From positions 1 to 45,321 of the forward strand of contig JBHGNT010000248.1 in the NCBI GenBank assembly GCA_043228905.1: DNA of 45,321 nt. Direction: 5' to 3'. Shown one piece after another: positions 23,101 to 34,405 of the stretch (position 1 is its first letter; every line of letters begins with the position of its first letter). Under the pieces are notes generated by a model that worked only from the letters and a program-made list of their open reading frames with translations, was not told the origin of the DNA and made no database searches. Origin of the DNA: Azolla caroliniana (taxonomy: Eukaryota > Plantae > Polypodiophyta). The position numbers and the translations under genes were made by a program.

Positions 23101-24375
23101 CGTGTCGAACATCCTTCAGCAGCATCTTGCATCCGGTTGATGTCATCAGCCACACGTCTCCTATGCCGGCAATCCGGCATGTTCCTTCATTTCCCATCCG
23201 GACATAGCCAAGCTCACCGGTTGTGTAGGATGAGAAGTATCTTCTCTCCGGGGTCAGGTGGAACGATGCTCCGGAATCGACCACCCAGGTCGTCTCACCG
23301 CCGGCAATGTTTAGTTCACCTTCTTCGGTGATGAGCATGATTTCTTCCTCACTTGCCGCGAGTGCCGTCGTTCCTTTCCGGTCCTGCCCTCGCCGATCCG
23401 AACCTCTCCGGTCCGTGGCTCCCCGGTATGCACCGTTTCTCTCCGGTGACTTCTTCGAATCGGTTTCGTCGGCTCCGTTGTCTTTTCGGTAATGCCGACA
23501 ATTCTTCCGGAAGTGCCCCGGCTTCCCACAGTGGAAGCATGTGGGCCTTCCTCTTGACTGCGACCGGGTCCCCGACTTCTCCCGTCTTTGCGGACTCCGG
23601 TTCCATTGTCTTCCCCGTTCCGATTCGGCAAGCAGCGCCTTCGAGTCGGAGGCCGGTTCTTTATCTCTCCGACGCGCTTCTTCGTTCAAAATACTTGTCT
23701 TTACCGTTTGTAGAGACAAGTTATCTTCGGTGCAGGAGGTGCTGAGAGTCACCACCAAGTTCTCCCAGCTTTCCGGCAATGTACACATCAGAATGATGGC
23801 TTGCATTGCATCCTCCAACGGGAACTTGATCGCCGCAAGCTGGTTCACGAATCCCATGAACGTGCTTACGTGTTCGACCATGCTCTCGCCGTCCCGGTAC
23901 TTAAGATTCACTATCTTCCTCATCAGGGAGGTCCGGGTCAGAGCATTCTTCCTCTCATACAGTCCGGACAGCTTCCGCCACATCTCACGAATCCCATGAA
24001 CGTGCTTACGTGTTCGACCATGCTCTCGCCGTCCCGGTACTTAAGATTCACTATCTTCCTCATCAGGGAGGTCCGGGTCAGAGCATTCTTCCTCTCATAC
24101 AGTCCGGACAGCTTCCGCCACATCTCGTAGGCGTTCGTATCGTTCGCCACATGTTGCAGGACACTTACATCGACATATTGCCGGATCGTCGCTACGGCTT
24201 TCCGGTTCAGGAGCTTCCACTCCGACTCTATTACCCCCTTGGGTATCTCGGCATTGTCGATCGGTTCGTACAGGTCTCGGACGATGAGAAGGTCTTCCAT
24301 CTTTATCTTCCAGTCGGCGTAGTTCTGTGAGTTCAACACCATCATGCCCGGAGGCCCACTACCGCCGCCTTCCAT
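20160..24375 (-). pseudogene. Copia C gag-pol polyprotein with two frameshifts
   Basis: ATG at 24375 (MEGGGSGPPG); CFHCGKPGHFRKNC, WVVDSGAS, ADNGGEY, LYVDDML, RNase H. Broken by a 140-bp duplication in gag and a frameshift near 21860-21900. Confidence 0.93.
23845..24126. repeat. Exact 140-bp tandem duplication within Copia C gag
   Basis: TCACGAATCCCATGAACG...CCGCCACATC starts at 23845 and again at 23985. Confidence 0.95.
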
Positions 24376-24406
24376 TTTCTGTGTTACCGTCGCTCTGATA
24401 CCACTT

Positions 24407-25246
24407 TGTTGAAAAACCCGCTCGGCCACAACCGAGGAAAAGGATCAACTCTCAGAAAACGGGAAATGCAAAATGCACGAAGACAATAGAGAGAGAGGTA
24501 CACAGGATGTTTTACGTGGAAAACCCTAAATGGGAAAAACCACGGGAGTCCTCAAACTCCAACTGTCACTATAAACAGAGATGTACAATGGTGAAGCTAC
24601 AAGGCAACAACCTTGAGCTCACTATCTTCGCCACAGGCGGCGGTAATACACAGAGGCCACGACCTCTTCGTCTCTCTCTCTCTCTCTCTCTCTCGGCTGC
24701 TCACCTCACTCCCTCTAAGTGGAAAAACAGAAAAATATGAGCAGCAACTTTTCAGCAACTACAAACAGTTTGCCCTAAGTCATATTTATACACATATGAC
24801 TTTCGGGCTATTTACAAATATAGCCTCAAGGGCCCTTGGCAAACATATTCACAAATATGTCCCCGCATCCGGATCTCTCTCCGGGTACATACATCATCCG
24901 GCTCTGCAGCCGGGTCTTCGTCATCCGGCTCCGTAGCCGGGTCTTCGTCATCCGGCTCCGTAGCCGGGTCTTCATCATCCGGCTCCGTAGCCGGGGTCTT
25001 CGTCATCCGGCTCCGTAGCCGGGTCTTCATCATCCGGCTCCGTAGCTGGGTCTTCATCATCCGGCTCCGTAGCCGGGGTCTACATCATCCGGCTCCGTAG
25101 CCGGGTACTCTTCATCCGGCTTCATGCCGGGTACTCTTCATCCGGCTTCATGCCGGGTACTCTTCATCCTCCGGTTCCGTAACCGCAACCGGGCTTGCCG
25201 TCATTCATCTCCGGACATCCCATCCGGAGGGACCGATATCCCAACA
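24407..25246 (-). repeat. 5' LTR of Copia C
   Basis: 29 bp longer than the 3' LTR, consistent with one extra 27-bp unit plus one extra TC. Confidence 0.95.
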
Positions 25247-27272
25247 CGGAGGTTCCTGGGGGCATGCGCATTCTACCACATATGGATCCCGCATTACGCC
25301 CACGTTGCGGAGCCGCTATACGGGTTGCTGAAAAAGGGGCGAAAATTCGAGTGGCGAGACGAGCACACGGAGTCTGTCCAGAAGCTGAAGGAAGCTCTTG
25401 CGGCAGCACCGGCGCTCTGGAAGGCTGTCTACGAGAAGGGCAACCCGGTATACATAACGGTGGATACGATGGGTCGTCAACCAAGAAGAAGGGGACGGCA
25501 TTCGGTTCCCGATCCGATTCGGCGCGAAGGTCCTCAGCGAGCGATAGCGAGGGTACGCCCAGGTTAAACGCGAACTCTGGGGTATCGTTTCGGCAGTAAA
25601 GGCCGACAAAGACTACCTGATCGGGACAGAAGTGATTATCGAGACGGATTGCCTGCCAATTCTCGGCATGGTTTCCGGATGCGCGACACCGGACCTCGCG
25701 ATGCTCAGGTGGATAGCGTACATCAAGTCCCTGGACCCGGAAATACGGCACATTTCCGGAAAGGACAACGCCATGGCCGACATGCTTTCGAGGGCAAGGT
25801 TTCATGACGAGGGCGGCATGGTTTCGGAGGACGAAGAAGTCGGCGTGGACTTCTTCGAGGCGACGTACGTGACGACCGATGGGACGAGCACTCCGGCACT
25901 TAACGACTTCGACGAGAGCAAGTACGATGGCGAGTGGCTCCAGATCGGTGGATTTTTTAGGACAATGACGCCGGATGCGTCATGGACGAGGGACGAGGCC
26001 AACCGGATCCGGAAGAAAGCATACCGATTCTTTCTCCGGGACGGATACTTATGGAAGCACCCGAAGAAGAGGAACGGCGTCCCGCTCCAGGTGGTGGCGA
26101 TGAAGGAAGAACAGGAGGAGCTGCTGACGGCCTACCACGACAGCCCTTGGGCTGGACACTGTGGAACGTGGGCCACGTTCGAGAAGATAAAGGGGAAGTA
26201 CTGGTGGCCGGGACTGTACCGGGACGTGCATCGGTTTGTGACAACTTGCGAGAGCTGCCAGATGCACTCCGTAGTCCGACATCGGGACGAGCTTCACCCT
26301 ACGTACCCTCCGACCATCCACTTCAAATGGATGGTAGATCTAGTGACGATGCCGATGGGAGTAGGACAGATGCGGTATCTGGTCCTGGCTCGAGAAGATC
26401 TGACGAACCAGGTGGAGGGCCGAGCCCTTCAGAACAAAACGACCGCGGCCGTATGTCGGTTCCTGATCGAGGACGTGATATGCCGGTACGGGTGCGTTGG
26501 GAAGATCGTGGCTGATCGCGGGGAGTTGGACGCCGAAGAGGCCGAGGAGTTGTTCGACCGGTTAGGAGTCAAGCTCTCGCTTACCACTGCGTACAATCCG
26601 GAGGCGAATGGAAAGGTGGAGTGCGGACACGGACCGATCGTCAAGGCGTTAGTTCGGGCATGCGGGGGTCAAGTCGGGAACTGGTCGCGGCTGCTGCCTT
26701 ACGCGTTGTGGGCTGACCGAACTACGCACAGTTCGGTAACCAGATTCATGGCGGCAGAGCTCATGTTTGGGCAGAAGCCGGTCATGCCGATGGAACGTAC
26801 GATCTCCTCGTGGGCAACCGTGGACTGGAGAGACGAGATGAGTCAGGAGGAACTGCTGGCGGCGCGTATACGACAGCTCGAGCGAAGACCGGAGGACGTG
26901 GGGCAGGCTGCGGAAAAGCTTCGGGAAGCAAGGATGAGGAACAAAGCCCGGTTCGACCGAACGCACCGGCTCCGACCAAAGAAGATCGAGGAAGGTGACT
27001 GGGTGCTAGTCTACGACAGCAGCCTCGACAACCAGCACCGAGCGACACGGAAGTTCGCAAGAAGGTGGTTCGGGCCTTACGTGGTACAAAGCGCCAACGA
27101 CAACGGGACGTACCATCTGGCGGAACTCGACGGCACGAGAATGGCGATACCGGTAGCTGGGAAGCGGATCAAAGCGTTCAAGAAGCGTCACGACGACGAG
27201 CCGGATCCGGATAACCTGGACCGGGACGACGAACAATCCGAAACCGAGGAAGAACCGACGGGCGGGGAATGA
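25247..27272 (+). pseudogene. Gypsy B ORF2, 3' part: RT thumb, RNase H, integrase
   Basis: RRFLGACAFY; RNase H with a small deletion near 25468; integrase HDSPWAGH..C..C, WMVDLV, ADRGE, GKVE, WFGPY. Confidence 0.92.
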
Positions 27273-27345
27273 AGGCTGGACCGGTTTTCTCCGTCCCAAC
27301 TCAATTTGGTGCATGCCGGTGGATGCACGGTTAGGTGGGGGCGGA

Positions 27346-27403
27346 TGTCGTGAAGAAAGCCATCCACAAGCGGAATCGGTGCGCCGGAGCATAGGAACCG
27401 GCT
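27346..27403 (+). repeat. Gypsy B 3' LTR, first part
   Basis: TGTCGTGAAGAAAGCCATCCACAAGCGG...AACCGGCT matches the start of the 5' LTR. Confidence 0.92.
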
Positions 27404-27857
27404 TATTATAGATCTAAGTACTAAAGTAAGCTTAAGATAAGGATAAAGAAATGAAAGATAGAAAGGAGAAAGAGAAGGAAGGGTGCCGATCCACCCGATC
27501 ACCCCCGAGCGAAGGGATCGAGACGGACTCGAGGCTCGATCGGCGTCCCATACCACCGCCGTGGCGTCGAGTCGTACCTGGTGCTGGCGCGCTCGCTACA
27601 AGAGTTGACCCACCACACGAGCAGAGTCTCGATGTAGTCAAAAGATGATCAAATGAGGGTAGCTAGGCCTCTTATTTATAGCGATACCCAAGGCCCCCAG
27701 GCAAGTTCACACTTGACCTAATGGGTTGTCTCAATCCCGAGGATAAAAGTAATCCTCCCCTTCTTTACACTCTCATTTAACCCTCACACTTATCCACGTG
27801 TATAGATTACTACGGTAAATTCTTACCACAGGATATTATATGGTCATGCTCGTAACA
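27404..27857 (-). repeat. Chromovirus 3' LTR (TG...TA)
   Basis: Minus strand TGTTACGAGC...CTATAATA; TATA box CTATAAATAAGAGG. Confidence 0.93.
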
Positions 27858-30800
27858 TACTCCCCCTCTTTAAAACATTGCACTCTTGCAATGGAAAGTT
27901 AGGGAAGTTAGTTCTAAGAGTAGTTTCGCGTTCCCATGTGGCATCTTTTATTGATTTATCCAGCCATTTTATTTTAAATTCTCGGATTTCTTTAGTACGT
28001 AATTTTTTTGTTTTAACATCGAGAATTCTTTCTGGTACATGTGGTTTAGAAGATAATTCTTCAGAAGTAACCAGAGTTTCAGTCGTAACTGTATTGTCGC
28101 CAGAACCTAGAAGTTCTTTTAGACAACTCACATGAAAGACTGGATGAATTCCGACACCATCGGGAAGAGCGAGACGATAGGCTGATGACCCAATGCGTTT
28201 GAGGACTGTAAAAGGTCCACAAAACCGTGGGGCTAACTTAGCGCACTTACCCGTAGACAATGTCTTAGAATTGTGAGGTACACGTAAAAATACCTTCTGT
28301 CCAGGGTTGAATACACGAGGTTGCCTATGATGATCGGCATAAAAACGCGCTCTATCTTGAGCTGTTTTTATATTATCTCATGCAATATGCAACATATCTT
28401 GCATATCCCGAAGAAAGTTTTGCGTACTTCACAACTCATCATGATGTATATTAACATCAATCGGGGCTCGTGGCTGAAAACCATACATCAACATAAAAGG
28501 ACTATATCCCGTCGACGTATGCTTGGAGCTGTTATACGCAAACTCCAAAATTGGGAGATAACGTTCCCATTTTGTTGGTTTCGCACCAACGTATGCTCGA
28601 AGCATGTCCTCAATAATTTGATTTACTCGTTCTGTCTGTCCATCGGATTGAGGATGATCCGTGGAGCTCATGCTCAACGTAGTTTCTAACTTCTTAAAGA
28701 CTTGTGTCCAGAAGTCACTAGTAAACTTTGGATCTCGATCACTCACGATATCCATCGGTAACCCATAAAAACGAAACAGTTCGTCAACGAATTGGTAAGC
28801 CAATTCAGGAGCTGTTACCGTGGTTTTAGTAGCAATAAATCTGGCCATTTTAGTTAGTCGATCAACGACAACCCAGATGGCATCATGACCTTTTTGGGTG
28901 CGAGGAAGGCTAACAATAAAATCCATGGATATACTTTCCCACTTATTATTGGGAATGTCCAAGGGATGTAAAAGTCGCTCGGCTTTGTTAACCTGACACT
29001 GGTGACATTTAGTCACATAGCTATGTATGTCAGGACGCATCTTAGGCCAATAAAATTGAGTGGAGATGAGAACGAGTGTACGATGTATTCCAGGGTGCCC
29101 TGTTGAGGGTGCATCATGGCATTCAAAAAGAATCCTCTTTTTGACCTCGGGTAAATCTGGAACACAAACCTTCGCATTACGGTAGAGCAAACCGTTAGCA
29201 ATGTGGAAGTATTCCTTCGAGGATGTGGTGGTGTCTGTTCCAGACTCAACTCTTGCCCAGTATTTTGCGAAATAACTGTCATCAGGATACTTTCCTCGAA
29301 GGTGATCATAAAGATCTGATGATATTGCAGTGAAGCTAAGCATGTTAACTTCACGGATGCGACTTAGTGCATCAGCGACCGTGTTCATGGAACCTTTACG
29401 ATATCGTATGGAAAAATCAAAGTCCTGGATGAGATCCGCCCATTGTGCCTTACGACCTTTCAGGTCTTGTTGGTCACAAAAATATTTCAAGGACTCGTGG
29501 TCCGTAGTTACCACAAAGTGATTTCCATAAAGATAATGGCGCCATGTTTTGAGCGCATGTATAACTGTAAATAATTCCTTTTCTTGAACGGTATACCGAC
29601 ATTGAGCAGAATCAAGTTTCTTACTCTCGAATGCTATTGGTTTACCATCTTGATACAAGACAGCACCTATAGCATAATCGCTTGCATCGGTTTCAACCTC
29701 AAAAGGTTTTGAAGGATCGGGTAAAAGAAGTGAAGGAGCCTTGCAAACCAGGTCCTTGAGTTCCTTAAAGGCAAGGTCTAGTGTAGCATTCCACACAATA
29801 GGTTTTGTAGACTTACGCGTTTGACCTTTTAAAAGATCAGTAAACGGCGTCGTCAATTGGGAGTAATTACGAAGAGACTTTCGCAAAAACCCCACAAAAC
29901 CAAGGAATGATCGAACTTCTCGAATATTCCGAAGAGTGGGCCAAAGCTTGATTTTCTCAATGCGAGAAGGATCAATTTCAACTCCTCGTTCGGTTATGAG
30001 ATGTCCTAGATAAGTAATTGATTTCTTGAAGAACTCACATTTTGAGATCTTCGCATAAAACTGTTTGTCACGCAATGTTTGTAAAACAAAGCGGACATGT
30101 CTAGCATGTTCTTGTAATGTACGGCTATAAACTAAAATATCATCCAAGAAAATAACGACAAATTTTCCAAGTTGTTCTCGGAAAATGTCATTCATTTCTT
30201 GTTGAAAAGTAGCCGGAGCATTGGTCAAACCAAAAGGCATAACCAAAAACTCGTAATGGCCATAGCGCGTACGAAATGCCGTTTTAGGAACATCGTCCTC
30301 ACTTATTCGTATTTGATGGTAGCCAGTACGGAGATCAAGTTTCGTAAAATACCGAGCTCCCTGGAGACGGTCAATTAGATCGTCAGCCCGGGGCAATGGA
30401 TACGAATTCTTGATCGTCACTTTATTCAAGCGTCGGTAATTAATACACATACGCCATGTGCCCTCTTTCTTTTTAACCAAGAGAACTGGTGCACCCCATG
30501 GAGATTTACTATAACGTATATAACCCATTCGTAAATAGTCCTTGAGTTGCTTAGATACCTCATCTTCTTCGGATCGACTTAAGCGATACGGAGGTATACT
30601 TATTGGTGCAACACCAGGTACAATATCTATACGATGGTCTATATTACGTTTAGGAGGTAACCCATCAGGTAGTTCACTTGGAAAAACATCATGAAAATCA
30701 TTTATGATTTCATCAAGTTGTTGTTGTTCAAAATATGTTAATTGAATCGGGACATTATCGATATTGTAAACGTGAATGTCCGGATCAAGTACACAATAAA

Positions 30801-32262
30801 ATAACGTAGAACAAGACAACTCGGATATTGATGGACACGAGGAAACAATCGAGAGGGATTGGTTTTTTACACATTGAATAAAATGCGTACAATCGTTCAG
30901 TACAAAAGAAATGGAATGACGAACCCAATCAATAAATAAAGAAGAGTTTTTATTATAAAACCAGGGATAACCCAGTATTACATCGGTGGTACAAAGATTC
31001 ATTACATGGAAGTCTACTTCCTCTATATAAGTATCAATAGAAATTCCTAATGAATGAATCGCCCCGTTGATGTATTGTACTCTTCCATCAGCCAAGTGCA
31101 CCGTGTAGGTGTGATCACTTACGGTGGGTTGGATTCCCCATATCTGAACCAAACGATCATTCACAAAATTGTGTGAGCTTCCCGAATCAAATAAAAATTG
31201 TACGGGAGATCCATTGATATACCCGTTTGCACGTAGTAAATCATTGGGACCCAATACATAGTGAGGGAAAGAACATTGACAATTACTTAAATGATGTGTA
31301 TAGACCTGAAGGACATTAGGAATCTGACCTTTATGGTCTGCAGCTTTAGCTTTGTTGTCGTGCTCTTTCCGTTGGAGCTTTCGACATTGATCTTTTGTAT
31401 GACCCTTCTTTTTGCAGAATACACAAAAAGGATGTTGTCGCTTACAATCGCGATCCAGGAATTCGTTGGGTGTCTTGCGTTTCCCAAAAAATTGCGACTG
31501 CTTAGTCCCGGGCGCTTCGTTGGGTTTGTTATGGTCCTTCTTCGAAGTGCGTTGATAGCGAAGAACTATTTCAACGGCCTCTTCGAAGGATTTTGGATCC
31601 TTATCGTGCACTATCTAGTGATAGTCCGAATTGGGGATGCCATTGACAAAACAAGCTATCAACCAATTGTCCCCTTCTAGACCCGATTTTTGGATTTGGG
31701 TTCTAGCATGGTGAACATAGTCTTCTAGCGAGGAAAATTTCCTGCTAGAGAGGTTCATTAAAGCTTGTGCTGCCTCGGTTCGAGAGGGAGGTTGCAGAAA
31801 TTGGCCCTTAAAAACCGTGACAAAATCTGTCCAGGTATCGGGCAATTTCCCCATAGTACGGAGGCCACGCCACCAGGCGGCGGCCTTACCCCCGAGTTCT
31901 CGACCGACATATGCAATCTTCGTACTATCTGGCGTGGGATAGAGCTCAAAATGAGACTCCCATCGTCCTAGCCATGTGCAGATTGCTTCTTCGGTTCTTT
32001 CCTTTTTGTCTCCCTTAAATGGCTTAACGACAAATGATGGTTCACCCTGTCGCTCATCAGGTCTATTAGTCTCACGTTGTAGACTAATGACACGTGCCTC
32101 AAGAGCACTCTGAGATTGCCGAAGTTCGGTCATCTGTTGAGCGGTGAAACTAAGGTATTGGGTTATTTGTGCCAAATACATCTCAGTGGACATTTGTCCA
32201 GGAGGATTCCCTTGAGTTCCTTCCGCTTGAGCGGATGACATCGGGTCGTTAATTTGAGCCAT
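27844..32262 (-). pseudogene. Chromovirus gag-pol: gag, PR, RT, RNase H, integrase, chromodomain
   Basis: [35 protein letters not shown]-like [61 protein letters not shown]. In-frame TAG at 31615-31617; frameshift near 28430. Confidence 0.94.
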
Positions 32263-33448
32263 TAAAGATTATTTCTGGAAAAGAAATAGGATAAGGTCAG
32301 AGATATAGTCATAACATCATGTCGTGATGTAAACATATCATGGGCGAGCATTAATCGATATCATTATCTCACGTCAATACCCCTCTAGACGTATGAGATG
32401 AGGTTCAAGATCAGGTTACTATGGTAACACAAAGGTGTTTTAAAAACCATGGGGGTGACAAATAAATGTCTTTCCCTGATCTCTATATCGATTTTTTCAT
32501 GGTGGCTCCCCGAGGCTCAACCATGTATGTTCGCGTCATGAATAGTTTATACACGAAAAAAATGTTAACAATAAACTATGTTTCGGTGCCCACATAAGTG
32601 GTTTCGGCTCTTTAAGTCCTATTACGAGGACCCCGAGGTGCACTTAGACCTTAAATCTAAACATGTGGTATAGTCATATGTATCAAGGATGTTGTATGGT
32701 CTTGGTCATATTTGAACTCGAGACCCCGAGAACAAATACATTAAACACTTGAGCCAACCAAGTAAGTTGGTCTTCTCGAATGTTTAATGTTTGATGCGTA
32801 TAAGAGATATGCGAGGCAATTGATCATATATGTTTTTTTAAAAGAACATATATGTCAAGGGTCCTTATTTCGCCCTCATTTACCAAAACTATGTTGGTAC
32901 GTTACCTAACCTCAAGTCTCGTAATTACGATGGCATACGCCAAAGTGCAACCTAATGGTCAAGCCAAATGAGCCCTCGTTTCGTAGTAGGCTCACGTGGG
33001 CCATCACATGGTCACGTCATTACGAATGCCTCTCGTAAGAACGAGCTCATGGTGGCATCGTATCCATGTAACGAGGGAGGGATGTTGGATACGTGCGTCA
33101 TTGGAGCGACCTCACTTGAAGTGGGTCAAGCCCTACGTACTCAACATCATTATGGCTATTGCGTTTCTTTACGTAACAAAATCGAGGTCGTCAACGGGGT
33201 TATCAACAATAAAAAAATGTTGAAAAAGGGATGGTGACAACACCATTCTCACAAAAATGTGAGGACGGCCACCAACATCCTTTTCCCGATCATGACAACT
33301 TTCGATATAATCACGTAATAACGAATATACACATATGTTTACTTATCACGTATATACGATCAAATACGTATATATGTGACCACATATGCCTATATTCAAC
33401 ATATCGTTATAGTAAATAGCCACAAATGATGTGATCGAGATACGTAAT

Positions 33449-33700
33449 CGAGGTATATACCTCTACGCACACGAAACATCCACAAATAAGAGATCATCGT
33501 AATACGCAATGGAGGTATTGACCTCTTACGCATACGAGACCAAACGCATATCGTTTACAACAAATCAAGGTATTAAACTCATACGCAAACGTAACATATG
33601 TTCGTGAACGTAATACGTAATTGAGGTATTAACCTCGTACGCATACGACACTCATCACATATTATTAACATGTCAAACGAGGTATTGACCTCGTGCACAT
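33449..33700. repeat. Array of five palindromic GAGGT-N4-ACCTC repeats with variable spacers in the chromovirus leader
   Basis: Cores at about 33450, 33512, 33567, 33623 and 33679, each followed by a TACGCA-like motif. Confidence 0.75.
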
Positions 33701-33951
33701 ATGTAAACGTTTTAGATAATCAAATTAAAGACCATTACAACATCATTGACTTAATGAAAAAAAATTACATATAAACTAAACACATGATTAGATGGGAGAA
33801 GAGAGAATAGAAAGAAAAATTCTGGAAAGAGTTACCGAAGTTCTTTGTTGATCGTTGTCTGGATCAAGGCCAACCGCACAACGATCGATCAGCATCAATC
33901 AAAAGACAAATGAAAAACAAAGAAACATTAGTACAACAATCTGATACCAAA

Positions 33952-34405
33952 TATTATAGATCTAAGTACTAAAGTAAGCTTAAGATAAGGATAAAGAAAT
34001 GAAAGATAGAAAGGAGAAAGAGAAAGAAGGGTGCCGATCCACCCGACCACCCCCGAGCGAAGGGATCGAGACGGACTCGAGCCTCGATCGGCGTCCCATA
34101 CCACCGCCGTGGCGTCGAGTCGTACCTGGTGCTGGCGCGCTCGCTACAAGAGTTGACCCACCACACGAGCAGAGTCTCGATGTAGTCAAAAGATGATCAA
34201 ATGAGGGTAGCTAGGCCTCTTTTTTATAGCGATACCCAAGGCCCCCAGGCAAGTTCACACTTGACCTAATGGGTTGTCTCAATCCCGAGGATAAAAGTAA
34301 TCCTCCCCTTCTTTACACTCTCATTTAACCCTCACACTTATCCACGTGTATAGATTACTACGGTAAATTCTTACCACGGGATATTATATGGTCATGCTCA
34401 TAACA
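33952..34405 (-). repeat. Chromovirus 5' LTR (TG...TA)
   Basis: Direct repeat of 27404-27857; the PBS lies 2 nt beyond its TA end. Confidence 0.93.

Larger units (their letters stand above)
19339..25246 (-). mobile_element. Ty1/Copia LTR retrotransposon C (young), inserted antisense in the Gypsy B RT
   Basis: LTRs 24407-25246 (5') and 19339-20149 (3') nearly identical; TSD CGGAG at 19334-19338 and 25247-25251; PBS iMet 24392-24403; PPT 20152-20161. Confidence 0.97.
27404..34405 (-). mobile_element. Ty3/Gypsy chromovirus inserted in the Gypsy B 3' LTR
   Basis: 454-bp LTRs at 33952-34405 and 27404-27857 with about 6 visible differences; TSD CGGCT/TGGCT; PBS TGGTATCAGA 33940-33949; PPT AAAGAGGGGGAG next to the 3' LTR; C-terminal chromodomain. 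Confidence 0.96.

Noticed and set aside
31615-31617. Programmed stop-codon readthrough between chromovirus gag and pol
   Set aside because: The TAG lies inside gag, upstream of the zinc knuckle, lacks a CARYYA readthrough context, and is most simply a CAG>TAG deamination.
33449-33700. CRISPR array call for the palindromic repeat-spacer cluster
   Set aside because: Eukaryotic retrotransposon context, degenerate repeats and no cas genes; retained only as a hairpin array.
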